Notes under the pieces: model-generated
Database searches by the model: none
What the model was told of the DNA's origin: nothing
What the model saw: the letters and a program-made list of their open reading frames with translations, nothing else
From: an uncultured Nitrososphaerales archaeon
GTDB taxonomy: Archaea; Thermoproteota; Nitrososphaeria; Nitrososphaerales; Nitrososphaeraceae
Direction of reading: 5' to 3'
DNA length: 64,000 nt
Assembly (NCBI GenBank): GCA_963713605.1
Contig: CAVQMO010000010.1
Coordinates: 832,001-896,000 of the forward strand
In this document: positions 11,210 through 22,536 of the stretch, one piece after another
Layout: every line of letters starts with the position of its first letter
Position numbering within the stretch: the stretch's first letter is position 1
Program-made: the position numbers and the translations under genes

Positions 11210-13323
11210 ATGACGACAACTGAGGGAGTCATGGGGTTTCAAGGAATAGCGATAAACGTCTGGCTAATCTGGATGCTGCCTTTTATAGGTGCGGCGTTGA
11301 TACCAGCATTGCGAAGAAACAAATCAAATCTTTTAAACTATACTGCGGTAGGCTTCTCGCTGGCAAGTGCGATACTTGCTGCCACATTAATACCACTTGC
11401 ACTAACGGATTCAGAAGTTCACAGTCAAATAAATTGGATTAGCGCATTAAATCTGGACGCAGGAATTCTGGCAGATCCTCTTGCAATTATTATGACCAAT
11501 GTTGTAGCCTGGATATCATTTTTGATTTTTGTTTATTCGGTAGGTTATCTGCATGGCGAACGAGATCTCACAAGATATTGGTTCTTTATGTTATTCTTTA
11601 TCGGATCGATGCAGCTAATCGTTCTCTCAGATAACTTGCTAATGCTTTTCTTTGGTTGGGAGGGCGTCGGATTGGCCTCTTACGCGCTGATAGGCTTTTG
11701 GTACTACGATAAAAAGAAGGATTATGTCGGCAGAGAGCGTCATATGGCATTAGGGATTCCAATGTGGGCTTCTCCAACCCATGCGGGAATGAAAGCGTTT
11801 CTTATGACCAAAGCTGGGGACATAATGATGCTTGCAGGAATGTTTTTGATCTTTATTTATGCAGGAACATTTGGATTCAAGGAACTTGTTGCAGATCAGA
11901 GCTGGGCTGTAGAGATGAGTAGTCAGAATTTGCTCGTCCCGGCTGCAATCTTGCTATTTGGAGGGGCAGTAGGAAAGTCAGCACAATTGCCATTAAATGA
12001 ATGGCTTTTAGAAGCTATGACAGGCCCAACTTCCGTATCTGCTTTGATCCATGCCGCTACCATGGTCAAGGCCGGTGTCTTTTTGGTGGGAAGGATTGGC
12101 CCACTTTTCTTTGCTCTTGCTGCATTTGATATGGCACAATTCTTTGAAGTTGTTGCTTGGGTTGGAGCCATTACAGCATTCTTGTTGGCGACTCAGGCTT
12201 TGGTAAACCCAGAAATCAAGAAGGTGTTGGCTTATTCTACAGGTTCTCAGATTGGCTACATGATGATGGCCCTTGGAATTGCTGGCCTCTCCACTCAATT
12301 TGTCGACGGATATACAGCTGGCTTTTTCCAGTTAATCAGTCATGCATTATTTAAGGCATCCCTTTTCATGGGGGCAGGAGCATTGCTTCATGCTGTCGGT
12401 TCAAGGTTCCTCACTGATATGGGAGGGGTAAGGAAACACATGAAGAAAACATACATCTTTATGCTGCTTGCAGGTCTATCGTTGGCCGGTGCTCCACTTG
12501 TTACATCTGGGTTCTGGAGCAAAGACTCGATTTTTGCTGCCTACGCTGGAATCTGGATACACATATGCTATTCCTCTATTCACAATAGCCGTAATTGTCG
12601 CGATCATGACTGCGTTCTATACTTTTAGAATGCTGGGGATGGCGTTCTTTGGAGAGCCTAGCAAACATCTAAAGGAGATGGACGCAAAGGGCCACCATGT
12701 GCATGAGGTAAGTAAACTAATGTGGGTACCATTCGGAATATTGGCCGGCGCTACAATTGCAATTGGCCTTATCGGGATCCCATTTGAGGAGGAATTGCAC
12801 CATGTCTTCGCTATGTATTTGGATACATCATTTGGGATTCCAGAAGAAGGGTCCACTCGGGGCGAAGTAATGACAGGTCAACAAGGCCCAGGAGGAGATG
12901 AAAGTGAAGAAGAACGAGAAGTAGAAGGTAGATTTGAGATAAACTACGCGGCAGTTGCTGCCTCAGTGATAGCGTTTGGGGTTGGTGGAGGCCTTGGGTA
13001 TCTTTTCTACATAGCCAGGAAGCTTAAACCCAGAGATTATCTCGAAAAACATCGTAACTCGTGCGATTTGGAAATTCCTATATAACAGGTGGTATCTTAA
13101 CTCAATACTATATTGGGGAACGGTTGTTATTCCTATGCTAGTATACAGAATAATATGGCGATACTTTGAAAGTACAATTATCGATGGTATTAATCCTGCT
13201 TTTCAATTCTCCATGGCATCGTTTTCCAAAATAGTAAAGGCTGGCCAGACAGGGATTACGCAAACATACCTCTTTGTATTTGGAGTAGGCATCATGATCT
13301 TGGTGATGTTACTGCTAATATAG
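11210..13323 (+). CDS. nuoL: NADH-quinone oxidoreductase subunit L (frameshifts near 12540 and 13035)
   Basis: FFGWEGVGLASY, GKSAQLPL...AMTGPTSVSALIHAATMVKAG, HALFKASLF, TAFYTFRM, QTGITQTY. Confidence 0.93.
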
Positions 13324-13366
13324 AGGAAGACAGGGAGAGAAAGAGGAGGAGGTAAGCAAAAAGAAA

Positions 13367-14965
13367 ATGGTAGACATTTTATCTACACCAATTCTCGTTA
13401 CAACTATACTTGCTGCCGTTGGACTTGGCATTCCAGTTTTAGATGCCCTAAGAAAGGAGCGAGGTGCGAGCAATAACAAGATTTACAGCATGATTGCTTT
13501 TGGCGCGCTCATCCTCTCAATTGGTATCGTTATTTTTAGAGTCCTAAGTGGTGAAGTACTTCCAGCCGTTGCATTTGGTAACGAAGTCCTCGCAGACGAT
13601 ATGTTCGGATCGTTTTTCGCAGTTGCATTCCTCATTGTCTCCATTGTAGTAGCTGCTTCCTCCTGGACTTATATGAAGGGAAAGGCGAATCCGGCGGCTT
13701 ACTACTCCCTATTATTATTATCAACTATCGGAATGGTCCTAATTGGATATTCCACTGATTTGGTCATGCTTTTGGTCGCATGGGAGCTGATGTCCATACC
13801 TACCTATGCTTTGGCTGCTTTTGCGAAGAGGGATCCGATCTCAAATGAGGCAGCTATCAAGTATTTCATGTTTGGGGCCCTATCTTCGGCGATTCTTGTG
13901 TTCGCCATTGGGTTGGTGTACGGAATAACAGGATCAACGAATATAGGAGTTGCAGTCACAACATTTGCTACACTTGGTCCTGAACTAATTCCAGTCGGAT
14001 TGTTAGCTATCGGGCTGTTCCTAGCGGGTTTTGGCTTTAAGATGGGTCTGGTGCCATTTCATATGTGGCTGCCAGATACCTATGAAGGATCACCAACCAC
14101 TATCAGTGCCCTGCTAGCTGCCGGAACAAAGAAGGCAGGATTTGCTGCAGCTATTCGTGTCGTCATCCTTGGAATGTTTGCCTTGAATACGGACTGGACA
14201 TTAACTTTGGCGATATTGGCAGTATTCACAATGACATTGGGCAACCTAGCTGCGATTATGCAAAAGAGTGTTACTAGGATGCTTGCGTATTCAAGTATTG
14301 CCCAGGCAGGCTATATGCTCATAGGTATGGCCTTGGCACCTTACTCTCAAGAGGCCCTCACTGGTTCTCTCTTTCAAATTTTTAATCATGCAGTTATGAA
14401 ATCTACCGCTTTCATTGCTGCCGCATGTGTGGCAGTGGTTCTTGCTAGCTATAGCTTGGAAAAGTATCGAGGCCTTGGCAGGCGAATGCCTATCACTGCC
14501 ATCTGCCTGTCGATCTCGCTGTTGGCATTAGCTGGTATTCCTCCTCTAAATGGGTTCTGGAGCAAGCTGGTGCTATTTGGCGCCGCAATAGATAGTGGTC
14601 CTTTGGTTGAATGGGGGCCCTACCTTGCTATTGCTGGCGTTCTCAATAGTGCACTGTCTCTTGCCTATTATGCTTGGATCATGCGCAAGATGTACATGGA
14701 AGAATCACCTGATATGAGTCGCGTTAAAGAGCCGAGGGCAATGGTAGCAGTATTGATTTTCGGGGCCGTCTTCATGGTAGGATTCGGAATTTGGCACGCC
14801 CCAATCCTTGAATTCGCTTCAGAAGCCCTTCCCAACCTCGCCGAAACAATGACAATCATATCTACAAATTCGACAGGCACTGGTGTTAATGGGGTTCCAG
14901 GAGTTCTTCCACCAATTGCCTCGTCATTTCTGCTTGACTACGCAGAAGGGATCAATCCCAATTAA
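13367..14965 (+). CDS. nuoN: NADH-quinone oxidoreductase subunit N
   Basis: EAAIKYF, FKMGLVPFHMWLPDTYEGSPT, RMLAYSSIAQAG. Confidence 0.95.
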   Translation: MVDILSTPILVTTILAAVGLGIPVLDALRKERGASNNKIYSMIAFGALILSIGIVIFRVLSGEVLPAVAFGNEVLADDMFGSFFAVAFLIVSIVVAASSWTYMKGKANPAAYYSLLLLSTIGMVLIGYSTDLVMLLVAWELMSIPTYALAAFAKRDPISNEAAIKYFMFGALSSAILVFAIGLVYGITGSTNIGVAVTTFATLGPELIPVGLLAIGLFLAGFGFKMGLVPFHMWLPDTYEGSPTTISALLAAGTKKAGFAAAIRVVILGMFALNTDWTLTLAILAVFTMTLGNLAAIMQKSVTRMLAYSSIAQAGYMLIGMALAPYSQEALTGSLFQIFNHAVMKSTAFIAAACVAVVLASYSLEKYRGLGRRMPITAICLSISLLALAGIPPLNGFWSKLVLFGAAIDSGPLVEWGPYLAIAGVLNSALSLAYYAWIMRKMYMEESPDMSRVKEPRAMVAVLIFGAVFMVGFGIWHAPILEFASEALPNLAETMTIISTNSTGTGVNGVPGVLPPIASSFLLDYAEGINPN

Positions 14966-15107
14966 ATGAATGCCCTTTGTGAAAACGTTCTTTAAATAAA
15001 TCTGTGACTTCTACTTTCGATTATATTTAATCAAATTGACCTTAAATGTATAGGCTATCAATATTTAGAAGATGGCAAAACATAACAAGAAAAGAAAAAA
15101 ATTATGA

Positions 15108-15977
15108 TCAGAATACGACACTCATATTAGACAGCCTTTCCAAGTAGCTTTTAGGAAGACTATTTTGTAACTTTCCAAGCTCGTCTTTTGACCTATTAGA
15201 ATAGTCTAGATAAAGATCTTCCATCTCAGTAACGATCTCCGAAGAGGTATTGTTCTTTCTTATCAGAGCATTAAAAAGCCTGTCTTCGTTGTTCCAATCA
15301 ACTAAATCATCATGGATTTGATATGCAATTCCAAGCAAATGTCCGAATGCTGCCATCGAATGGATCTCATCTTCTGTTCCTCCTCCAAGTATGGCCCCTA
15401 TCTTGGAAGATGCTTCAAATAATGAGGCGGTCTTATTCTCCAATACCTGTATATAGTCACGTATGCTAATATCTGGATTCTTTCCCATTTGGATCTCCAT
15501 CATCTCACCCTCTGACATCTTTATCGCGGCTTTAGACAATTCGCCTGAAACTGTTGGATCATTGACTTTTGATCCAATATTAAGTATTATACCCAATACG
15601 AAATCTGCGGTCAAAATGCTGCTGTTATACCCATACTTTACATGGAAAGAGGGTTTGCCTCTGCGCAAATTCTCCTGATCTATTATATCATCATGGATGA
15701 CTGACTCTGTGTGTAAGAGCTCTATTGCTGATGCTGCCAAAAAAATATCATCGGTTAGATTTGAATTATCACGGTTTGAAATCTTGATGCTTTCAGCAGC
15801 TAATAAAAGAATTAAAGGCCTGATTCTCTTACCTCCCTCACAAGCGTAAATTAATGGCCCATAGAACTCTGACCATGAGTATCTGCCCAGCTCGCTCATT
15901 AGCGAGTTGTCGATTTTTGACAGGTAATCTCCGACCAAAGCTAGGACCGGATCTGCTCCTTGATTTCTCTTACTCAA
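15108..15977 (-). CDS. Polyprenyl (geranylgeranyl) diphosphate synthase
   Basis: GGKRIRP, first Asp-rich motif HDDIID...RRG, KTASLF, second motif YQIHDDLVD. Confidence 0.92.
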   Translation of the reverse strand: MSKRNQGADPVLALVGDYLSKIDNSLMSELGRYSWSEFYGPLIYACEGGKRIRPLILLLAAESIKISNRDNSNLTDDIFLAASAIELLHTESVIHDDIIDQENLRRGKPSFHVKYGYNSSILTADFVLGIILNIGSKVNDPTVSGELSKAAIKMSEGEMMEIQMGKNPDISIRDYIQVLENKTASLFEASSKIGAILGGGTEDEIHSMAAFGHLLGIAYQIHDDLVDWNNEDRLFNALIRKNNTSSEIVTEMEDLYLDYSNRSKDELGKLQNSLPKSYLERLSNMSVVF

Positions 15978-16051
15978 GCCTAAATCAGTGCCTTAGGTAT
16001 CCAATGCATAGGTTCGGTTATTAATGCTTTTTACATATTTCTTTGGAGGTG

Positions 16052-16159
16052 TGCTCCGGCCGGGATTTGAACCCGGGATCTGCGACTCGAAAGGCCGCAA
16101 TGCTTGACCGGACTGTGCACTGGCTTTTGATATTAGCCTAAACTCTACACCACCGGAGC
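16052..16159 (-). tRNA. tRNA-Glu(TTC) with a ~32-nt non-canonical D-loop intron (~16113-16144)
   Basis: Minus strand GCTCCGGTGGTGTAG[insert]TCCGGTCAAGCATTGCGGC-CT-TTC-GA-GTCGCAGATCCCGGGTTCAAATCCCGGCCGGAGCA. Confidence 0.9.
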
Positions 16160-16309
16160 ACGTATGACCTGTTTGTGGCTTCCAATAAAATCCTTTCCTG
16201 AGGGAGAAATATTCAACGAGAAAGAACTGGATCTATTTTGGAAATGGTAGCGAAATGATGTAATGACTAAGGATAGGTTTTTCTATAGGTTCCTAAGTAT
16301 TCATTTAAT

Positions 16310-16993
16310 GTGGCGCTAATAATACACTCCTTGGATGATAATATTCAACAGAAGAGTTTGTTGAAACACAAATTCTACCAGCTGTGGTCGGCGGGATCAC
16401 TTTCTATGGAGGACTTGAGAGGGTATTCTAAGGAATATTTTCAATTGGTTAAAGCTGTCCCAGATTTTGTCCGCAATGTACTCGAGCAAGTACCGCTAGA
16501 AGATGAGCAAAATTTTGAACATGTTAATACGATTAAACGTAACTTGGAGGAAGAGATGCAACATGTAGCTCCATGGGTTTCTTTTGCAGAATCAATAGGC
16601 GTAACTCGAAACGACCTATATGATTATGAATGCTCTAAAAAGACCAAAGATGCAGTTCTGAATATGAGCTGGCTGACGCGTAGATCTTTAGCCTCAGGAA
16701 TATCGACTCTGTACACTTTTGAGAAACAGTTACCTGAAATAAGTGCAAAGAAGATCGAAGGACTGGTGAATTTCTATGGTATTCAAAATGATAGGGCATT
16801 AGACTACTTTATGATTCATCAGAAGGTCGATATTGAGCACGCGGAGATTTGGCGTTACTTATTGGAATCGATGCCTGTATCATCTCACAAAACGATTTTA
16901 GACGCTGCCTCAAAGTCACTAATTTACCAGAATATGATATTAGACGGTGTCTGTGAGACTTACCTCCCGGAAAAGCAGCAGTTACCAAATTAA
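16310..16993 (+). CDS. PqqC/CADD-like heme-oxygenase-fold oxidase
   Basis: LLKHKFYQLWSAG, NLEEE..H, EKQLPEISAKKIEGL, YFMIHQKVDIEH metal ligands. Confidence 0.82.
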   Translation: MALIIHSLDDNIQQKSLLKHKFYQLWSAGSLSMEDLRGYSKEYFQLVKAVPDFVRNVLEQVPLEDEQNFEHVNTIKRNLEEEMQHVAPWVSFAESIGVTRNDLYDYECSKKTKDAVLNMSWLTRRSLASGISTLYTFEKQLPEISAKKIEGLVNFYGIQNDRALDYFMIHQKVDIEHAEIWRYLLESMPVSSHKTILDAASKSLIYQNMILDGVCETYLPEKQQLPN

Positions 16994-17473
16994 GTCTAAT
17001 TTCCAATCGCTCAAGTAAAATTTCGTAGCTGGCCTCGCTAACGAAAACGTACAGCAAACAAGGTTTTATGAGCACAAAAAATCTGGTATACGGGACCTAT
17101 TTACTTTCAAGTCAAACTGTGGATGTACTGAAATATTAAATCGGCTACACAAAAAGTAGTCGACAAAATATTTTGTTAGACCGCCATAATTACTGACTGG
17201 ATATTATTAGAATTTGCCACTTTCATGGAAGTAGTAAACTAAAATGTTCTAATAAGATGACAAACCAGGTGTCGGTACGATTCTTAGTAGGACTCTGTAA
17301 AAGCCTAGTCTCATTTCGGTCAGATAAGGGTGAAAGTAACGTCGACTTCTCGTCATATATCAGTCATTTAACCGTCATATTACCGTCGTTTGGCAATTTA
17401 CGCTCATTCAACCCTATGTAATTCAGCATGGGGTGGGCTAATTTTTTTATTTCTCATTCTTTAATAGAGCTCA

Positions 17474-18334
17474 ATGGGCGGAAAGATACCTCAGCCTATA
17501 AAATTGGAGGTCATTAGAAGGTGGTTACGTGGATACTTTAGAGATGACATTGGAACTGTAAGTGGAGTAATACAAGAATGCGGGCATGATGATGAGGATT
17601 TTGGGCTATTGCGAGGAGTAGCTGTAGAACTCAGGGTCCGGGGCATGCAAGTAAAGGACTTTGCGCCCCTATTCAGATTGAAGAGCCTGTTAGAAGAAAA
17701 GGAAGTACAACTCGAAATACATCAGAGCTACAATTTATTCTTTGCATACAAAAAATTTGAATCAATTATCGTGTCCTTAGAAGTACTCTGTTTCAAACAT
17801 GGTATGCCGATGGATCAATTTTTTGAACGCGTTAGAGAACTCTACTTACAACTTGATAGTCTTGGTATTTCCGTAGAAAGATTACCAGAATATTTTGAGG
17901 ATCAGAAAAAAGAGATCCTACGTTTCCAATCTGAAATCAAAAATGAAGTAGAACAGTAAGGAGCGACAATGTATCTCTAACGCGAGTATCAAACTAATAT
18001 GTCGGCATATAGATCTGCAATTAACGAGCCGGAAATAATGACTAAAGAGAAAGATTCATGTCGAAGTGAACTTGATTATATAAGAGAAAAATATCACCAA
18101 AAAGTTTGGGAGACGAAAGAAGGAGGATACGAATTGTATGCCAATCCTGAAGAAGTAAACAAGGCCAAAACGGAACTCAGGTCTGAGATAGGCGGCGATC
18201 ATTATGCTTCCAGATTAAACAATCCGGGTTTAAAGCAGATTGTTCTAGATCTTTATCGCCGTCCTGGTAAATATGTCGAATCGATTAAAAAAATTATTGA
18301 AAATTATGATCTAGTGCACAAACAATCTATCTAG
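17474..18334 (+). pseudogene. Degraded mobile-element hypothetical protein (HTH-like N terminus, coiled coil), split in two ORFs
   Basis: ORFs 17474-17959 and 17999-18334; the IKLEVIRRWLRG..RDDI start resembles Nitrososphaerales MGE proteins (recall only). Confidence 0.4.
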
Positions 18335-18574
18335 CAGTGAAACTATCGTGCTATTAATAAATCAATGTAGAATTCTACCAAGACGTTGAGTATTTTTCTC
18401 AGTCGGTGTAATCTTTCATTTCATTAGCTGTGGTTAGCAATATTCGCTGGTCAAGGATAAACCGTTCTAAACATGCCAGTTTGAAGTTCAAGCTCGACCG
18501 ATATTCTTTTGTAAGAAATGGCACAATGAGGAAGTCAAACATTTTAATATCGAACTACTTTAGGACATTTTTGT

Positions 18575-18648
18575 GGGCCCATAGCTCAGCCTGGTAGAGC
18601 GACCGGCTCATAACCGGTCGGCCAGGGGTTCAAACCCCCTTGGGCCCA
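18575..18648 (+). tRNA. tRNA with CAT anticodon, most likely tRNA-Ile2 (agmatidine-modified)
   Basis: GGGCCCA acceptor typical of archaeal Ile tRNAs, anticodon arm ACCGG-CT-CAT-AA-CCGGT, GTTCAAACC T-loop. Confidence 0.9.
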
Positions 18649-18667
18649 CTTTAAAGTGGGTTCAAAA
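18640..18667. repeat. Palindromic recombination-like site overlapping the tRNA 3' end
   Basis: TTGGGCCCAC-TTTAAA-GTGGGTTCAAAA; exact inverted copy at 58615-58642, variant at 31769-31795. Confidence 0.85.
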
Positions 18668-18689
18668 CGTTTAAAGCTAGGGCGATGCA

Positions 18690-19901
18690 ATGTACATAAC
18701 GTATATGTTCCGGGGTAAGACATTTCAACTCTCGTTACCTGGCCAATCTTATCGTATATTCATTGAGGGTCTCAAGTCCCCAGTCACGAAAGCCGCATAT
18801 AGTTATGCTCTTCGAAAATATATGAACTATCTAAATATTACAAATCCCGATGATTTACTAATCCATCAAGAAAATCCAAAGATTATACAGAATGAAATAA
18901 TCGAGTATTTGATACAGTTGAAAAATCCTCCACACTCATTGCGATATGCCACACGAAGTCAGTACCTGGCGGCAATCATGACTTACTACGAACTACACGA
19001 TGTACCACTAAGCAAGAAAAAAATTTATAGATATCTCGGGGAAGAAGAGAGACCAATTGAGAACAGGGGCTACACCACCGAAGAAATAGCAAAAATGCTG
19101 GAAGTATGTGATGAAAGAGCAAGAGCAATCATTTTGCTCCTCGCTTCAACCGGTATTAGAATTAGAGCTATCATCGATCTAAAACTAGAAGACCTCGTAA
19201 TTATACCCGACTACCGTATGTATCATTTAAGAGTATATTCAGACTCGAACCAGCGATATCTAACTTTTACTACTCCAGAAGCAGCTAAAGCGATAGATGT
19301 TTACCTGAAATATAGAGAAAGATATGGTGAAAAATTAACATCCAAATCTCTGCTTTTTAGAGACCAATTTGATCGAGAAGATGTTGTTTCTATACATGAT
19401 GTTAAACCACTTAAACTCCGAACTGCCGAGCGTCTAGTATCACGTACAGTAGAAAAGTCAGGAATCCGTACAGTAGAAAGAATCACAGAGCTGCATAGCG
19501 AGAAAGGGAAAATTAGAAAGAACGTTAAACTTACAGCAGGATTCAGAAAATTCTTTGATACTCAGCTGATATATGCTAAAGTAGAAAAGCAAACAAAAGA
19601 GCTATTTATGGGTCATAGCATTGGTTTAGACGACCACTATTTTACTCCTGACAATACACATGTACTACATGAATATCTTAAAGCTGTCGACTATCTGACA
19701 ATAAATGAAGAACACCGTTTACGCTTAAAATTAGACGAAATAACCAAAAAGAAAGATGAAATTGAAGTTATGGAACTCAAGCATCGAGAAGAGATTGGAG
19801 ATATCAAACAACAGATGAATCAACTCATGTTTATGGTTCAAAGAAATCCAAGATTGGCAAACATAAAGCCTGAAGTGTTGATAGACAGGAGCTCTATCTA
19901 A
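18690..19901 (+). CDS. Tyrosine recombinase/integrase (intact)
   Basis: ASTGIRIRA (R), AGFRKFF (R; A at the usual His position), MGHS (H), DDHYF (Y); directly downstream of the tRNA. Confidence 0.9.
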   Translation: MYITYMFRGKTFQLSLPGQSYRIFIEGLKSPVTKAAYSYALRKYMNYLNITNPDDLLIHQENPKIIQNEIIEYLIQLKNPPHSLRYATRSQYLAAIMTYYELHDVPLSKKKIYRYLGEEERPIENRGYTTEEIAKMLEVCDERARAIILLLASTGIRIRAIIDLKLEDLVIIPDYRMYHLRVYSDSNQRYLTFTTPEAAKAIDVYLKYRERYGEKLTSKSLLFRDQFDREDVVSIHDVKPLKLRTAERLVSRTVEKSGIRTVERITELHSEKGKIRKNVKLTAGFRKFFDTQLIYAKVEKQTKELFMGHSIGLDDHYFTPDNTHVLHEYLKAVDYLTINEEHRLRLKLDEITKKKDEIEVMELKHREEIGDIKQQMNQLMFMVQRNPRLANIKPEVLIDRSSI

Positions 19902-20728
19902 CCACTTAATCTTTTTGCTAATTTAGCCCTATATCTCCATTTCTTAATAGTATTTTCGAACTGTTCCATATGTTCTGAAGATCGCTGCCGGTAATCTCTA
20001 ATATCGGCCATCCATTTTAGAAATGTATCTTTCAATTCTTTATCGGATTTGAGAATTATCGTTAAAAAGTCAATTGGTCTTTGGACATAGATTTCATTAT
20101 TCTCATCGTCAACAGTATCTCTGTAGTCTATATCTCTCTCCTCCCCGAGAAAATGCCTACCTCCCTCCGTATAATCCAAAAATTTATTTCTTGCCAGATT
20201 AATATAGAATAAGAAAGTTACTTCGCTGGCTAACGCTTTTTCAATTATTAATAATTCGGAATCATAGACTAATTCGAGATGCTGATCGACCAGGATCGAC
20301 TTCTTGTTATCTTTTAACTTTTCTACAAACTTACCAAGATCTGCATATTTTAGTAGAGCTGCTAGTTCATTCTGTTTTTGTTCCAGGAATAAACTTGTTT
20401 GCTCTCGCTGTTGTCCATCACCACGATTCGGAGATATGTCTGAATCGTTTTTTTTGTCGCCATGATCCAGAACCACCGATAGACCCCGATACAACTCGAA
20501 CAGTCTTGCGGTTGTGTGAAATGCTATTTCTCCCATAGTCTCTTGATATTCTTTAACACCTCCAAGTGTTACACTAACTGATCCAAGTCTTACAGCGCGA
20601 GTAAACTCGTCTACTGTATTTTGATACAATACCGCCAAAAACCATCGGTACGCATAATGCATTGTCTTTGTGAGAAGCGCCCATTTTCCAAAAATTAATG
20701 GTAGTTTGTCGGCATAGTTTCGGGACAT
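19898..20728 (-). CDS. Hypothetical protein convergent with the integrase, probably 5'-truncated
   Basis: 276-aa ORF, no recognised motif. Confidence 0.5.
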   Translation of the reverse strand: MSRNYADKLPLIFGKWALLTKTMHYAYRWFLAVLYQNTVDEFTRAVRLGSVSVTLGGVKEYQETMGEIAFHTTARLFELYRGLSVVLDHGDKKNDSDISPNRGDGQQREQTSLFLEQKQNELAALLKYADLGKFVEKLKDNKKSILVDQHLELVYDSELLIIEKALASEVTFLFYINLARNKFLDYTEGGRHFLGEERDIDYRDTVDDENNEIYVQRPIDFLTIILKSDKELKDTFLKWMADIRDYRQRSSEHMEQFENTIKKWRYRAKLAKRLSG

Positions 20729-21177
20729 CTGATCATAAAATTCTGCTAAATCTTCGTATTTTCGTAGTAGTCAATTAAAGTTGGTTCGAATTGCTTTAGG
20801 ATTTTCCTATCGCTAATGAACTTTTCATTGATTAAGAAGCAAAGCCATTCAATATCATTGAAGATACGATAAACCCATTGCTTTCGAGAGATGTCATATT
20901 CAGAACCAGGGGGGTATTTTATCTAACTCAACCTCTGCATCTCTCCAAGAAGACGTGATTATGTTCGTCTGTGTGATTTGATTGTAGTTTCTTCGAACGC
21001 CTAAACGTTATGACAGTGTAGAATAATGCTGCCTGCATATATCCCGGCTGCAATAATTTGAATGTAATCTGACGTTGTTATGACAACCATGCCCTACCTA
21101 CCGAAAGAGTCTGAGTCATTGAAAGGAATGGCAGATTGGGAATTCGTAATAAATTGTTCTGTATAGTAATGTACTAG

Positions 21178-21321
21178 ATGTTAAGTGCAACCACCTATGT
21201 ATGTAGAACCTGTCGATCAAGATTTCAATTGATAAAGGTGTTCCCGACGCAAGATGATGCAAAGTTCTGTCCATATTGTGGACATACAACTGTCGAACCT
21301 CATCAATTCATCTTTTGTTAG
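21178..21321 (+). CDS. Small zinc-ribbon protein (47 aa)
   Basis: Hand translation MLSATTYVCRTCRSRFQ...KFCPYCGHTTVEPHQFIFC*. Confidence 0.55.
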   Translation: MLSATTYVCRTCRSRFQLIKVFPTQDDAKFCPYCGHTTVEPHQFIFC

Positions 21322-21324
21322 AAA

Positions 21325-21553
21325 ATTTGTTAACTTTCAGAAGAGACATAGACGGATGTTGCAATGGACTTATACATTGATGTCTAAGAGGTTAATTAAG
21401 ATCCATCCAACATTGCAGAAGCTAGTAGTGTCTCTACGTACTGCAGTGGTATCAGACGAATGGAAGCTGGACAAACAACAAACATCGCATGATGATATAC
21501 TTGATGCATTTAGGCTTGCTCTATGCAACTATGAGCCTCCAAAGAATCTCTGA
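21325..21553 (+). pseudogene. Terminase large subunit-like nuclease C-terminal remnant
   Basis: KLVVSLRTAV..DEWKLDKQQTSHDDILDAFRLAL, homologous to 38668-39144. Confidence 0.6.
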
Positions 21554-22536
21554 TTATACTATATCACTACGTGACGGCCACTATATAGTTGATACATTCA
21601 ACCACGATAACGGCAATAGAAGGAGTGTGGAGATTAAATCAGAGTCGTGGGTTCAATTACAAGAAAGAATTCGTGACGCAGCTAGCCTTTGCCTATCTTC
21701 TGCATCTTTTATCTATACCCACAAATCTCTAAATTGTATATTACAACCTATTCAATTTTCTTTAAACCTGTGACAATCGCACTCACATGTGCTTTTACTA
21801 TTATCGCATGCTCTATGATCTTTTGCTATGCATGTAAGGGATAAATTAGGTATTGGAATTGGCCACCTATCTCTTTAATCTCAATGCTACCTAATCTATT
21901 TTCCTTTACAGTTTAGCTCTAGCGTTTCGTCGAGCCACATACACAATTTTTGTAGGAATGTATAGCTATATGCTCCATCCTTATCTTCTGATTTTCATAC
22001 CCCTTCTAGGCATGATTCATCATAACATACCTTTGGCTCTTCTATTTGTTCTTTTATTGCCTGTTGTAATTCCGGTTGTAACATACTCGGGGTTTTAACA
22101 TGGTTACATGTAACGCTGTTACAACCACATTACTGTTCGTTTGCCAATGCACAAGCAGCAAACGTAAGCAGAGCCACTGGAATACCGCTCAATACAATTC
22201 AGACCCTCATCCAACTAGATATTGAGAGAAACAGAATTGAAAATCTTGGAAGTTAATACTGGAAGTTAATACTGAACTAATAAGACAATATCCAGAAGTT
22301 TATTCTGAGTATACCTTTGATACTATAAATGTGCAAAGAGGTGAAAGTTAACTTGGAAGTGATAGTGTCGTTATTTGTGTCATTCTTAATAGTAAGTGTA
22401 GGAATATTGGGTTATTCTCTGTTAAGAACTGAGAAATGAAATTTTGCTTAAATGTCACTCCCCTCGTCCTACTAGATGCATTCATTCAGTGATCAGTAAT
22501 ACTAAAGAATAAAGATTAATAGACAGTTAAGGTAAC

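Noticed and set aside
3843..13323. Programmed frameshifting or pseudogenised complex I
   Set aside because: Shifts are numerous, lack slippery-site context and occur throughout the window; sequencing error is simpler.
4265..14880. Numerous antisense or alternate-frame ORFs over the nuo operon and other genes
   Set aside because: Shadow ORFs of well-supported genes on the opposite strand or frame.
18575..18648. tRNA-Met
   Set aside because: The GGGCCC acceptor stem fits archaeal Ile tRNAs; it lacks the initiator A1-U72 pair and three G-C anticodon-stem pairs. Elongator Met is not fully excluded.
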